A stretch of DNA of 64,000 nucleotides from a candidate division WOR-3 bacterium (lineage in GTDB: Bacteria; Hydrothermota; Hydrothermia; B15-G9; WFZT01). The notes beneath the pieces are model-generated. The model had not been told where the DNA came from and did not search any database. It saw only the letters and a list, made by a program, of their open reading frames with translations. Numbering within the stretch: the first letter of the stretch is position 1; every line of letters starts with the position of its first letter. Below, in pieces: positions 50,135-59,514 of this stretch. Made by a program: the position numbers and the translations under genes. The stretch spans positions 96,001-160,000 of the forward strand of contig JALUEE010000033.1 of the NCBI GenBank assembly GCA_027053075.1, read 5' to 3'.

Positions 50135-51015
50135 TTTTCGACCTTTTCCTTAAGTCTGCAGAAGGAACAAACTTCTGCAGTAGTTAGATAGCCACATTTT
50201 TTGCAGGGTTTAAGGTGTCGCGTTTGCGGCACCTTAAACCCTGCCTTATTTTCAAAAAAGCCCAGTAAAAACCTTACCTTTGTTCCCGGCATTTCATTTT
50301 CTATGGTCTCAAGAATTCCCTTGTAAAAATGTGTAGTAGCTCCACCGGAGAATGGGCATTTATCCACGATGTGAGGTAAGTTGAGAACCTCAGCATATAG
50401 CTTAATCTCATAGTTTGTAAGTAAAATCAGGGGCTTGATCTTCCTTGCAAGTGTGCGGTCCCGGGGTAGGACTGGATACTGCCGTTCGAGATACTCGGTT
50501 TGCCAGTGCAAGATATTTCCAAAAAGTACAGAAGATTCATCATCAAGGTTATGACCTGTGGCTACGGCGTCGAACTCAAGACCTGCCCGGTTGATCAGAT
50601 ATCTTTTTATCATGCCACAGAGCGAACAGGGTTTACCTCTTGAAATTTTTGATAACTCTGGAATGCCAACACCCAGAACGTCTCTTAAATACTCAACTTT
50701 TAGTGTGAGTCCAAACATATCGGCAAATTTTTGGGCAACTTCCTGAGACTCATCTGAAAATCCCTCAATTCCGAGATTGAGGAAGTACCCTGTTGTATCG
50801 TAGCCGAGCTCGTTTAAAACATGCCACAGAACTATGGAATCCTTCCCTCCGGACACTGCGACCAGTATGCGCTCATCTTTTCGCACCATCTTGAACTTTT
50901 TGATGCCCTTTTCCACCCTTCTTTTGACAAATTCAATATAGTGCTCGCGGCAGAGGGCGAGGTTGTATGACCTTAGCTTAACTATGGCTTCCTTTCCGCA
51001 AATCTTACATTTCAT
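50116..51015 (-). CDS. ttuA: tRNA 2-thiolation protein, TtuA/TtcA family
   Basis: CKIC..C..H N-terminal zinc finger, SGGKDS, CSLC, TGHNLDD, C-terminal CKKCG..CSFC. Confidence 0.88.
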   Translation of the reverse strand: MKCKICGKEAIVKLRSYNLALCREHYIEFVKRRVEKGIKKFKMVRKDERILVAVSGGKDSIVLWHVLNELGYDTTGYFLNLGIEGFSDESQEVAQKFADMFGLTLKVEYLRDVLGVGIPELSKISRGKPCSLCGMIKRYLINRAGLEFDAVATGHNLDDESSVLFGNILHWQTEYLERQYPVLPRDRTLARKIKPLILLTNYEIKLYAEVLNLPHIVDKCPFSGGATTHFYKGILETIENEMPGTKVRFLLGFFENKAGFKVPQTRHLKPCKKCGYLTTAEVCSFCRLKEKVENQFNLR

Positions 51016-51130
51016 AGGCCCTGTATTATAAGGCTGAATTAATGAGGCAGTAGTCAAGTTTAATCTCCTGCTGTTTTAGCAGGTCAAATCCGTCAAACCC
51101 CTTCATTCGCTTTGTAGATCAAGTCCACTG

Positions 51131-51310
51131 GGCTCCCTCTCCCGCTTTGCGGGTGAGGCTATTCATCTTGAGTTTCTTAAATATTCAAGCGGAAGCCCCC
51201 TCCCGACCTCCCCCGCGCGAAGCGCGGGGGAGGGGTGTATTTTGAAGTTGCAGGGGAGAGGATGGAGGTGAGGGGTAACATATTGAGTTTTTTTAAAATT
51301 TCAAGTAGAG
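51131..51310. repeat. Family B REP/BoxC-like repeat cluster
   Basis: Hairpins CTCCCGC-TTT-GCGGG and CCTCCCCCGCGC-GAA-GCGCGGGGGAGG; shared TTCAAGCGGAA and GTGAGGGGTAACAT motifs. Confidence 0.75.
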
Positions 51311-51504
51311 GGCTATCTTTCTGGCCCTTTCTTCACTCGCGGACCAAGTGGAAGAATGATCATAATGGCTCGGCAGTTCTCAGATCGAGTGGAAATAAAA
51401 ATTGATGAGTTTGACCTGCTGAAAAAGGCTAAAAATCAAATCAGAGAAGGGTCTGTGTAGGTCGTAAGAAACCCTCGGTTCATAGATTTCACGCCAAAAA
51501 ATTT

Positions 51505-52272
51505 TTACTTTTGCTTTCTCAAACAGGCGTAGGCGTTGTGGTGGTGGATGGATTCGTAGCTTTTTACCATGATGTAATACCAGGTGACCCTTTCGTTTTC
51601 ATCGAGCCTGAGGGCCACATCACGTGCCACATCCTCCACAAATTTTGGATTATCATAGGCATGCTCAGTCACGTATTTTTCATCCTCCCGCTTCAGGAGA
51701 GCGTAAAGTGGAGAAGAGGCAGATTCCTCGGCAATTTCCACCAATTCCTCGATCCAGACCAGTTTTTTCATTCTCACCTGTATGGTTACCTCTGCACGCT
51801 GGTTGTGGGCCCCATAACGGCTGATCTCTTTTGAGCATGGACAGAGGGTTTGAACCGGCACATTGACTTCAAGGATAAAATCAAATTCCCGGTTTTTTGT
51901 GGCGATAAACTTGCATCGGTAGTCCATGTAACTCTCAGCACCGGTAACAGGGGCTTTTTTCTTCAAAAAATAGGGAAACTCAATCTCAATGTGAGCGCTT
52001 GAGGCATTGAGCCTTTTTCTAAGTTCATCGAGGATCTCCTCGAGATTCTCGAGTGAGATGTAATCCTTGTAGAAATGCAGGACCTCAAGAAACCTGCTCA
52101 TGTGAGTGCCACGGAATTCTTCGGGCAGGTCAACTGCAAGGGAAATAGTGCCGATTGTTGGCTGGGTCCCATGTGTTCTGTCCATCACACGAATGGGATA
52201 CTTGAGCCCTTCAACCCCAACCCGCTCAAGAGGGATATTCCTGTAATCTCGCTCATTCTGTACATCTTTCAT
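51505..52272 (-). CDS. folE2: GTP cyclohydrolase IB
   Basis: RGTHMSRF, LCPCSKEIS.YGAHNQR, LKREDEK, FVED and ESIHHHNA motifs. Confidence 0.96.
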   Translation of the reverse strand: MKDVQNERDYRNIPLERVGVEGLKYPIRVMDRTHGTQPTIGTISLAVDLPEEFRGTHMSRFLEVLHFYKDYISLENLEEILDELRKRLNASSAHIEIEFPYFLKKKAPVTGAESYMDYRCKFIATKNREFDFILEVNVPVQTLCPCSKEISRYGAHNQRAEVTIQVRMKKLVWIEELVEIAEESASSPLYALLKREDEKYVTEHAYDNPKFVEDVARDVALRLDENERVTWYYIMVKSYESIHHHNAYACLRKQK

Positions 52273-52631
52273 AAATCCTCTCCTCTCACACTTATCCAGC
52301 TTTCCTTTGTCTCGTACACGCGCACCTCTTTCAGATGATGATTTTTGCCTTTAAGCGGCTCCTTCAGCCTTCTGAATATCCATATTCCGATATTTTCCAC
52401 CGTTGGCTGCTTGAAGATTTCGTTTAAATTTTTGTGGTCAAGCTCATCTATAACCAGCTTCTGGACAATTTTTTCAAGCTCCAGGAAGTCAATAATAAAT
52501 CCATCCTCGTCTGGCTTGCCGCTCAAGGTGATTCTTATTCTGAAATCGTGTCCGTGCAGGGGCTCGGGCTCACCCTTAATTTTAACACTATGTGCAGCGC
52601 TGAATCTGTACTCTACGCTCAAATCCATCAC
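52269..52631 (-). CDS. 6-pyruvoyltetrahydropterin synthase family protein, PTPS-III-type motif
   Basis: FSAAH...EPLHGH (Ex2HGH, no Cys), LDHKNLN, PTVEN, YET. Confidence 0.88.
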   Translation of the reverse strand: MMDLSVEYRFSAAHSVKIKGEPEPLHGHDFRIRITLSGKPDEDGFIIDFLELEKIVQKLVIDELDHKNLNEIFKQPTVENIGIWIFRRLKEPLKGKNHHLKEVRVYETKESWISVRGEDL

Positions 52632-53041
52632 ACATCACAGATGAATCTGGCATGCCAGCCCTTCTCGTCCTGCCAGATTTTTAGCTGGTGGTATGTGGCG
52701 CTCTTTATGCCAATTACCATTTCGTGTCTGTTCTTATCCATAGGCTCTCCGCAAGCTTTGCCTTTAAGCTTCTGCCCATTTATTTTTACTTCGAATTTAC
52801 TAAAGAGCATCCGATGGGCCTCAAAATGGAATAAAAGCTCATTAAGCCAAGAAATAAAAAGGTCCTCGAGGGTTTCTTCCTCAAGCTCCACATCAATACA
52901 TTTAGAAGGTTTCACATCCTCGAAGTTTTCTACCATTTCCTTAAACATAGCCCGCGCGGACTCCACGAAGAGGCCCTCGAGGGTGTCACTGTGCACGATG
53001 AATCCATAATCTGCTGTGTGATCAAGTGTCTCGTAAGGCAT
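52628..53041 (-). CDS. Archease
   Basis: YETLDHTAD, WLNELL, IKSATYH and terminal DV motifs. Confidence 0.93.
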   Translation of the reverse strand: MPYETLDHTADYGFIVHSDTLEGLFVESARAMFKEMVENFEDVKPSKCIDVELEEETLEDLFISWLNELLFHFEAHRMLFSKFEVKINGQKLKGKACGEPMDKNRHEMVIGIKSATYHQLKIWQDEKGWHARFICDV

Positions 53042-53058
53042 GGGTTATAATTTTACTC

Positions 53059-54066
53059 ATGTTTACGAAACTTTTCACCCTTCTTGCGATTCTCGGACAG
53101 ATTTCAGGTGCTCCAAAACCTGTCATTGTTCTAATGGGTGGAGATCTGATGCCATCGGGCAGTCTGCTTGAATTTGTCGAGAAAGAGCCGCTTTACCCAT
53201 TCAAAAACATCATGGGGCTTCTCCGTTCTGCCGATGTGGCATTTTTCAATCTGGAGTGCCCAATCACCGATACTGGCACACCTGTGAAGGGTAAGGAATA
53301 CATCTTCAAGTTCCCTCCACATTTTGCATGGGCGCTGAAAAAGGCGGGAGTGACCGGAGTAACTCTTGCTAACAATCACATTATGGATTTTGGAGTGGAA
53401 GGACTTGCAAGCACTATCAGGGTTCTTGATAGCCTCGGAATTGGCCACTGCGGTGCGGGTATGAATATTGATTCCGCACGGAAGCCTTATACAGTCACGG
53501 CACAGGGGATCAAAATTGCTTTTTTATGTTATTCCAATACCCTCCCCAAAAGTTACTGGGCGGATTCTAATAAGGCGGGCACCATTCACGGAGTAGAGAA
53601 GAATATAAAATATGACCTCGAGCACGTGAATGCCGATTTTAAAGTTGTGGTCTTCCACTGGAGCAGTGAGCTTCTTGATACCCCCAAGCTGTATCAGAGA
53701 ATTCTTGCCCATTATGCCATTGACCATGGGGCATCTGTTGTGATAGGGCACCATCCCCATGTGGTTCAGCCCATTGAATTTTACAAAGGCAGGCCCATTT
53801 TCTATTCGCTTGGCAATTTTATTTTTGGTTCATACACGAAAAAGGCAAACGGCATGCTTACAATGGTAAAAATTTTCAGTAAAGACAGCACTGATTTTTA
53901 CGTCATACCTTTGAAGACTACTTATTGGACTTCAAAGTTTCAAACCACCCCGTCTGATAGTCTGGATTACATAAAAAGATTGAGCCCCGGGGTTAACTTC
54001 ATCCCTGAAAAATTTGCTGGATACGCTGCATTCAGAGTGGAGCCTGGAGATACTATTTCAAAATAA
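53059..54066 (+). CDS. CapA family metallophosphatase (PGA_cap)
   Basis: GDLM, NLECP, LANNHIMDFG, FHW, GHHPHV and YSLGNF motifs. Confidence 0.92.
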   Translation: MFTKLFTLLAILGQISGAPKPVIVLMGGDLMPSGSLLEFVEKEPLYPFKNIMGLLRSADVAFFNLECPITDTGTPVKGKEYIFKFPPHFAWALKKAGVTGVTLANNHIMDFGVEGLASTIRVLDSLGIGHCGAGMNIDSARKPYTVTAQGIKIAFLCYSNTLPKSYWADSNKAGTIHGVEKNIKYDLEHVNADFKVVVFHWSSELLDTPKLYQRILAHYAIDHGASVVIGHHPHVVQPIEFYKGRPIFYSLGNFIFGSYTKKANGMLTMVKIFSKDSTDFYVIPLKTTYWTSKFQTTPSDSLDYIKRLSPGVNFIPEKFAGYAAFRVEPGDTISK

Positions 54067-55000
54067 CATACTTCCCAAGAGGTTCCTGGTAAAACTTTTT
54101 CTTTCGGCCAAATAATTTCCTGAATAAGCTTGGAGATGTGGCCTTTTTGATTTCGTCAATCTTTTTGAGAGCTTCTTCATAGCCCTCTTTAAAGAGAAAT
54201 TCGGCAGCATCGGTGTCATACCACTCAATATGTGATATCCGGGGTTTTAGAACAACATCTGCCATTGAGAGTTGCTTAAGATGAAGCCTGTAATTGGACC
54301 AGTCTTCGGTCCGCCACATTATTTCGAGTCCTGACTCAAGCGGGTCTTCGGGCGATGGGTCTCTTCCCACGTCCACGGCGATAACCACATCAGCACCGAG
54401 CAGGTATGCACTTTCCACAGGCACCTTCTGGGTGGTTCCTCCATCCACGAGGATCATACCGTCAAGCTCAACAGGTGGCAGCAAGCCGGGAATGGCACTT
54501 GTGGCCCTGACAGCCTTGATCACCTCTCCGGTTCCAATCACAACATCCTTTCCGGAAATTATATCAAGAGCAACGGTATAAACTGGCATTTCGAGGTCTT
54601 CAAAGGTCAGGCCACGTGGATAAATTAACTCAAAGAACTCCTGAATAGTCTCAACAGGTACCATAGAGCGGTGGACAAGGGATTTTCTTAAAAGCATCGC
54701 GCCTCTAACGGTGCTCAGAAATTTCTGAATTCTTCCAGCATCTTCTTTGTCTCCCTGGTGGTTGAGCTTGTAATTCTGGAGTTTCATCTCTTTGACTATC
54801 TCAGAGTGAGCGGCGTTTTCGAGCACCTTATAGCATTCGTAAATATCTTTCTTGAAGGCATAAAGGGTGCCGATTATTCCCCCTGCACTGGTCCCCACTA
54901 TGAAATCAAACTTAATATCGTGCTTTTTCAGGGCCTCAAGGACTCCTAAATGGGCAAATCCTCTGACAGAGCCTCCGCCAAGTGCGAGTGCAACCTTCAT
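54053..55000 (-). CDS. Patatin-like phospholipase
   Basis: LGGG..RG.AH, GTSAG and DGG motifs. Confidence 0.93.
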   Translation of the reverse strand: MKVALALGGGSVRGFAHLGVLEALKKHDIKFDFIVGTSAGGIIGTLYAFKKDIYECYKVLENAAHSEIVKEMKLQNYKLNHQGDKEDAGRIQKFLSTVRGAMLLRKSLVHRSMVPVETIQEFFELIYPRGLTFEDLEMPVYTVALDIISGKDVVIGTGEVIKAVRATSAIPGLLPPVELDGMILVDGGTTQKVPVESAYLLGADVVIAVDVGRDPSPEDPLESGLEIMWRTEDWSNYRLHLKQLSMADVVLKPRISHIEWYDTDAAEFLFKEGYEEALKKIDEIKKATSPSLFRKLFGRKKKFYQEPLGKYVILK

Positions 55001-55371
55001 TTCTTTATTATCATGATCTCAAACTTACCTCTGTCCGAGATAAAGTAATTGAGAATCGTACTGATGATGGACATAAATATGGCTCCAATGAATGCGGCCC
55101 AGAATCCGTGAATTTCAAATCCCTCAACAACGCTCGCGGTGATGAGGAGCATAATCGCATTGATTACAAATGTGAAAAGCCCGAGAGTGAGAAAATTCAG
55201 TGGTAGGGTAAGAATCAGCAAAATGGGGCGGATTATGGCGTTCAGGATACCGAGAACAAGAGTTGCTATCAAAAGTGAGAAAATACCATGGATTTCAATA
55301 CCTTTGATAATCCAGGCTGTAACAGCAAGGGCTATGGCTGAAACAAGCCAACGAATAACAAATCCTCTCAT
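54997..55371 (-). CDS. YvlD/DUF360 (phage holin-like) membrane protein
   Basis: LNAIIRPILLILTLPLNFLTLGLFTFVINA motif. Confidence 0.9.
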   Translation of the reverse strand: MRGFVIRWLVSAIALAVTAWIIKGIEIHGIFSLLIATLVLGILNAIIRPILLILTLPLNFLTLGLFTFVINAIMLLITASVVEGFEIHGFWAAFIGAIFMSIISTILNYFISDRGKFEIMIIKK

Positions 55372-55605
55372 AAATAACCTCCTCCGAAGTTGTGAGAATT
55401 ATACTCACAAACCAACCATATTCTCAAGATACGGATGGATGGGCTTAGAGATGTGACTTTCTTTTGTGTCTTACTTTTTGAGCAGTGAAGGAGATTTTTG
55501 ACGGATGCCGGCCCCTTGACAGGTATGGGTTTGACTTTATTATATACAAACTCCCCATTATGGATACATCTTTCCTGGGAAAAGGCATAACCCCTAAAAA
55601 TCGGA

Positions 55606-56844
55606 GTGGGAAAAGGAATGAACCTTAAAAACTCATATCCTGCAATAGTTGTCGGAGCTGGCCCTGCAGGATCCGCGGCCGCTTTGACCCTTGCAAAAAA
55701 TGGTATTGAAACGCTTTTAATTGAGAAACAACGTGAAGTTGGAAAAGACATATTCTGCGCAGAAGGTATCTCAGTAAACACGCTTAATCTCACAAAAAAT
55801 ATTTTCGGAATCGAGAACCCGGAGAAGTTCATTGCTTCAAAAATTGATACTCTTAGAATCATTGCCCCGGACTTAGATTACTTTGAGGTATATAAAGACG
55901 ATATGAGTGTTGTACTTGAGAGGAAGATATTTGACCGAACCCTTGCTGAAAAGGCGGCGGCAGCAGGTGCAGAGCTTTCTGTCAGTACAAAATTCCTGAG
56001 GGCGGAGCGTGATAACGGACGCATAAAAATTGAAGTGTTAAAAGACGGGAAAGTACATGAAATTTTCACAGATTTGCTGATTGGTGCAGATGGGCCGGGC
56101 TCAGCTGTAGCCACATCGCTTGGCCTCAACATGGAGGTTTCCGAGCAGGATGTCCACAAATGCGCTCAGTTTCTTGTTTACGATGAGAAGATTCCATCAA
56201 ACAGAATGGATTTTCTATTCTCTGAAAAATATTCACCCACCGGCTACGCCTGGGTTTTCCCCAAAGGTCGCGGGCTTGCCAACCTCGGAGTGGGGGTAAC
56301 CGTTGAAACCAATAAAGACCCCATGGATTATTTAAAAACTATCATCAGTGAATTTTATCCGAATGCAAGAATCATAGGATGGCTCAGGGGGGTGGTACCT
56401 GTAGGAGGAAACTTAAAAAAGATTTATACAGATAACCTTCTGGTGGTTGGAGATGCGGCGCGCCTTGCTGACCCTGCCACAGGTGGAGGCATTGCTACTG
56501 CGATAATCAGCGGTAAAATTGCCGGTGAAGTCGGAGCCGAGGCTATCAAAAAAGGCGACCTGAGTGAAAAATTTCTCAAAAAATATGAAAAAAATTACTG
56601 GAACGAAATCGGACTTGACTATAAAATTTCATTAATTCTCAAAGACTATTTGAAAAACTATACAGATGAGCGGATAATTAAACTATACAGGGTTCTAAAA
56701 AAACTCTTCGCCGGTAAAAACCTGCAAACGCTAAACCTGAGTGAGCTCTTTTTTAACAGTGTAAAAAATTCAAAAGAGATACTCAGCCTTCTTCTTGGGA
56801 GTGGAGGTGATGTTGTCAACAGTTTACGAAAAGTTATTTTCTGA
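55606..56844 (+). CDS. Geranylgeranyl reductase family (digeranylgeranylglycerophospholipid reductase-like)
   Basis: VVGAGPAG, CAEG, LERKIFD, GADG, GYAWVFPKG and VGDAA...PATGGGI motifs; start may be ATG 55618. Confidence 0.88.
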   Translation: MGKGMNLKNSYPAIVVGAGPAGSAAALTLAKNGIETLLIEKQREVGKDIFCAEGISVNTLNLTKNIFGIENPEKFIASKIDTLRIIAPDLDYFEVYKDDMSVVLERKIFDRTLAEKAAAAGAELSVSTKFLRAERDNGRIKIEVLKDGKVHEIFTDLLIGADGPGSAVATSLGLNMEVSEQDVHKCAQFLVYDEKIPSNRMDFLFSEKYSPTGYAWVFPKGRGLANLGVGVTVETNKDPMDYLKTIISEFYPNARIIGWLRGVVPVGGNLKKIYTDNLLVVGDAARLADPATGGGIATAIISGKIAGEVGAEAIKKGDLSEKFLKKYEKNYWNEIGLDYKISLILKDYLKNYTDERIIKLYRVLKKLFAGKNLQTLNLSELFFNSVKNSKEILSLLLGSGGDVVNSLRKVIF

Positions 56845-57532
56845 CTCGACTGATCCTGGTGTCCTGATTCTTATAGACCCGGACAAAGTGAACAGGAATG
56901 AGGTGGAGGAACTTATTGCGAAAATCAACAGTCATGACCGTGTTAAGGCGATTCTCGTCGGAACAAGTGTTCTCCTGTCGGAAGATTTCAATGAATTCGT
57001 TATGAGGGTGAAAGAGGTTTCAAAATACCCTGTTATCATATTTCCTGGCAATTCGTTACAGGTCTCTAAAAACGCAGATGCGTTTTTATTGCCTTCACTT
57101 ATCAGTGGAAGGAATCCAGATTTTTTGATCGGAGAGCATGTAAAAATTTCGGTTTTCTTAAAAAATTCAGGAATTGAGGTAATACCAACTGGTTACATGC
57201 TGATTGAATCAGGCAACTACACATCGGTTGAATATATCTCTTTCACAAGACCAATACCACGTGAAAAGATAGATATAGCTATTGCCCATGCGGTTGCTGG
57301 TGAGCTACTCGGCCTGAAATTGCTTTATCTTGAGGCGGGCTCCGGGGCAAAATTCCCGGTGCCACCAGAGATGATTAAAAGCGTTGTGGATTCTGTTTCT
57401 ATTCCGGTTATTGTTGGTGGTGGCCTTAGAACTAAAGAGGATGTGGAAAACGCACTTGCCTCAGGTGCAAGACATGTGGTCATAGGTACTGCTTTTGAGG
57501 AGAATCCAGAGATTCTCCGGGAGGTGCTATGA
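56810..57532 (+). CDS. Geranylgeranylglyceryl phosphate synthase (group II-type)
   Basis: LIDPDK, FPG, SLISGRNPDFLIG, IPTGYMLIE, YLEAGSGA, VGGG and VIGT motifs. Confidence 0.92.
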   Translation: MLSTVYEKLFSDSTDPGVLILIDPDKVNRNEVEELIAKINSHDRVKAILVGTSVLLSEDFNEFVMRVKEVSKYPVIIFPGNSLQVSKNADAFLLPSLISGRNPDFLIGEHVKISVFLKNSGIEVIPTGYMLIESGNYTSVEYISFTRPIPREKIDIAIAHAVAGELLGLKLLYLEAGSGAKFPVPPEMIKSVVDSVSIPVIVGGGLRTKEDVENALASGARHVVIGTAFEENPEILREVL

Positions 57533-58209
57533 AAGTAATTGAAAAAACAAGAATTACGTTGAAAGAACTCAAAGAAAACCCTAAAATTCGGCACTTTGTT
57601 AAAAAGGCTGACGAGACGCTGGCCGCTCTTGGGTACACCGAGCATGGGGAGAGGCATGTTTCCCTCGTGGCTCAGAGAGCGGGAAAGATTTTAAGGGAGT
57701 TGGGGTACCCTGAAAGGATGGCAGAGCTTGCCGAAGTGGCAGGCTATCTCCACGATGTGGGAAATCTAATCAACAGGGAGTATCATGCACAGACCGGTGC
57801 AGTTCTCGCTTACAAAATCCTTGAAGAGATGGGCATGGACTACGAGGAGCTTGCTGAGGTGATGATGGCAATTGGGAACCATCATGAGGAAGACGGTGTC
57901 CCCGTATCACCAATTGCTGCTGCCCTCATTCTCGCAGACAAGTCCGATGTTCATCGCTCGAGAGTTAGGCCCATCGGAAACATCAAGGAAGATATACATG
58001 ATAGGGTAAACTATGCAGCAACTTTTTCAAAAATTATTGTCGATAGGGAAAATAAGGTCATCACTTATAAAATTCAAATTGACACCGAGATTGCTCCTGT
58101 AATGGAGTATTTTCAGATCTTTCTCTCAAGGATGCTCATCGCGTCCAAGGCAGCAAAAAGATTGGGGTGCAAATTTGAGCTGATTATAAACGACACAAAA
58201 ATGATTTAA
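57529..58209 (+). CDS. HD domain phosphohydrolase
   Basis: GYTEHG.RH, LHDVGN, IGNH, ADKSDVHRSRV and DIHDRVNYA motifs. Confidence 0.9.
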   Translation: MKVIEKTRITLKELKENPKIRHFVKKADETLAALGYTEHGERHVSLVAQRAGKILRELGYPERMAELAEVAGYLHDVGNLINREYHAQTGAVLAYKILEEMGMDYEELAEVMMAIGNHHEEDGVPVSPIAAALILADKSDVHRSRVRPIGNIKEDIHDRVNYAATFSKIIVDRENKVITYKIQIDTEIAPVMEYFQIFLSRMLIASKAAKRLGCKFELIINDTKMI

Positions 58210-58242
58210 TTCCCGGAAAAACCCAAAGGAGGTAAGGATAAT

Positions 58243-59514
58243 ATGACTCTTCAGGAGTTAAGGAAGAAAAAGATTGGTGAGCTTTACGAAATCGCCAAAC
58301 AACTGAATATCGTAAATTACTCAAGTTACAGAAAAGAGGAATTAATTAAAAGAATCCTTGACGCATTTGCGGAGAAAGAAGGTAAACAGTTCAGGGAGGG
58401 TGTGCTGGAAATCCATCAGGAGGGCGGATTCGGATTCCTGAGGCTCAAGGAGTACAACTACAATCCCAGCCCTCAGGATATTTACGTCTCTCCCTCGCAG
58501 ATCAAGAAGTTTGGCTTGAGGCCCGGAGACGAGATCAGCGGGCTTGTGAGACCTCCAAAGGATAGCGAGAAATTTCCAGCACTCATAAAAATCGAGGCAG
58601 TGAACGGAGTTTCGCCTGAGGAAGTTCGAAACAGGCCAAGCTTCGAGAAACTCACTCCCTTCTACCCAACGGAGAAAATCAACCTCGAGATACCTGACGC
58701 AGAAGACCTATCCATGAGAATCGTGGACCTCTTTGTTCCCATCGGTAAAGGACAGCGTGGACTTATTGTCTCTCCCCCGAGAGCCGGTAAAACGGTATTG
58801 CTCCAGCAGATTGCAAACTCTATCAAGAGAAACCATCCAGAAGTTTACCTCATCATCCTTCTGATTGACGAAAGGCCAGAGGAGGTTACAGACTTCAAAC
58901 GTAAGGTCGAGGCAGAAGTTATTAGTTCCACGTTTGACCAACCTGCTGAAAAGCATACACACGTGGCTGAGATTGTGCTTGAGAGGGCAAAGAGACTTGT
59001 GGAAGTTGGAAAGGATGTGGTCATCCTTCTTGACTCACTCACACGTCTTGCGAGGGCCTATAACGTGGTAACTCCTCATTCTGGTAGAACTCTCACAGGT
59101 GGTATTGACTCTACAGCTCTGATTAAGCCCAAAAAGTTCTTTGGCTCAGCAAGAAACATCGAGGAAGGTGGAAGCCTCACAATTATTGCAACAGCATTGA
59201 TCGAGACGGGTTCACGTATGGATGATGTGATCTTCGAAGAGTTTAAGGGTACCGGTAACATGGAACTTGTGCTCGATAGGAGACTTGCGGACAGGAGAAT
59301 CTTCCCAGCAATTGATCTCAACAAATCCGGTACGAGGAGAGAAGAGTTACTCCTTCCCAAAGACGTTTTGAATAAGGTATGGATCCTGAGAAAGGTTCTC
59401 TCCGAGATGAATCCAGTGGAGGCTATGGAGTTCCTGCAGGAGAAGATGAGACTGACGGTAAGTAATCAGGAATTTCTTAAAAGCCTGACGGAGAGTAAAT
59501 TCTCTTATGTCTAA
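58243..59514 (+). CDS. rho: Transcription termination factor Rho
   Basis: [31 protein letters not shown] and [10 protein letters not shown] motifs. Confidence 0.98.
   Translation: MTLQELRKKKIGELYEIAKQLNIVNYSSYRKEELIKRILDAFAEKEGKQFREGVLEIHQEGGFGFLRLKEYNYNPSPQDIYVSPSQIKKFGLRPGDEISGLVRPPKDSEKFPALIKIEAVNGVSPEEVRNRPSFEKLTPFYPTEKINLEIPDAEDLSMRIVDLFVPIGKGQRGLIVSPPRAGKTVLLQQIANSIKRNHPEVYLIILLIDERPEEVTDFKRKVEAEVISSTFDQPAEKHTHVAEIVLERAKRLVEVGKDVVILLDSLTRLARAYNVVTPHSGRTLTGGIDSTALIKPKKFFGSARNIEEGGSLTIIATALIETGSRMDDVIFEEFKGTGNMELVLDRRLADRRIFPAIDLNKSGTRREELLLPKDVLNKVWILRKVLSEMNPVEAMEFLQEKMRLTVSNQEFLKSLTESKFSYV

Noticed and set aside
51365..51460. 31-codon ORF MARQFSDRVEIKIDEFDLLKKAKNQIREGSV
   Set aside because: Protein-like but has no SD and no recognisable family; may be a gene fragment
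54997..55371. Holin as evidence of a prophage
   Set aside because: YvlD/DUF360 proteins are common chromosomal membrane proteins and no phage genes are nearby
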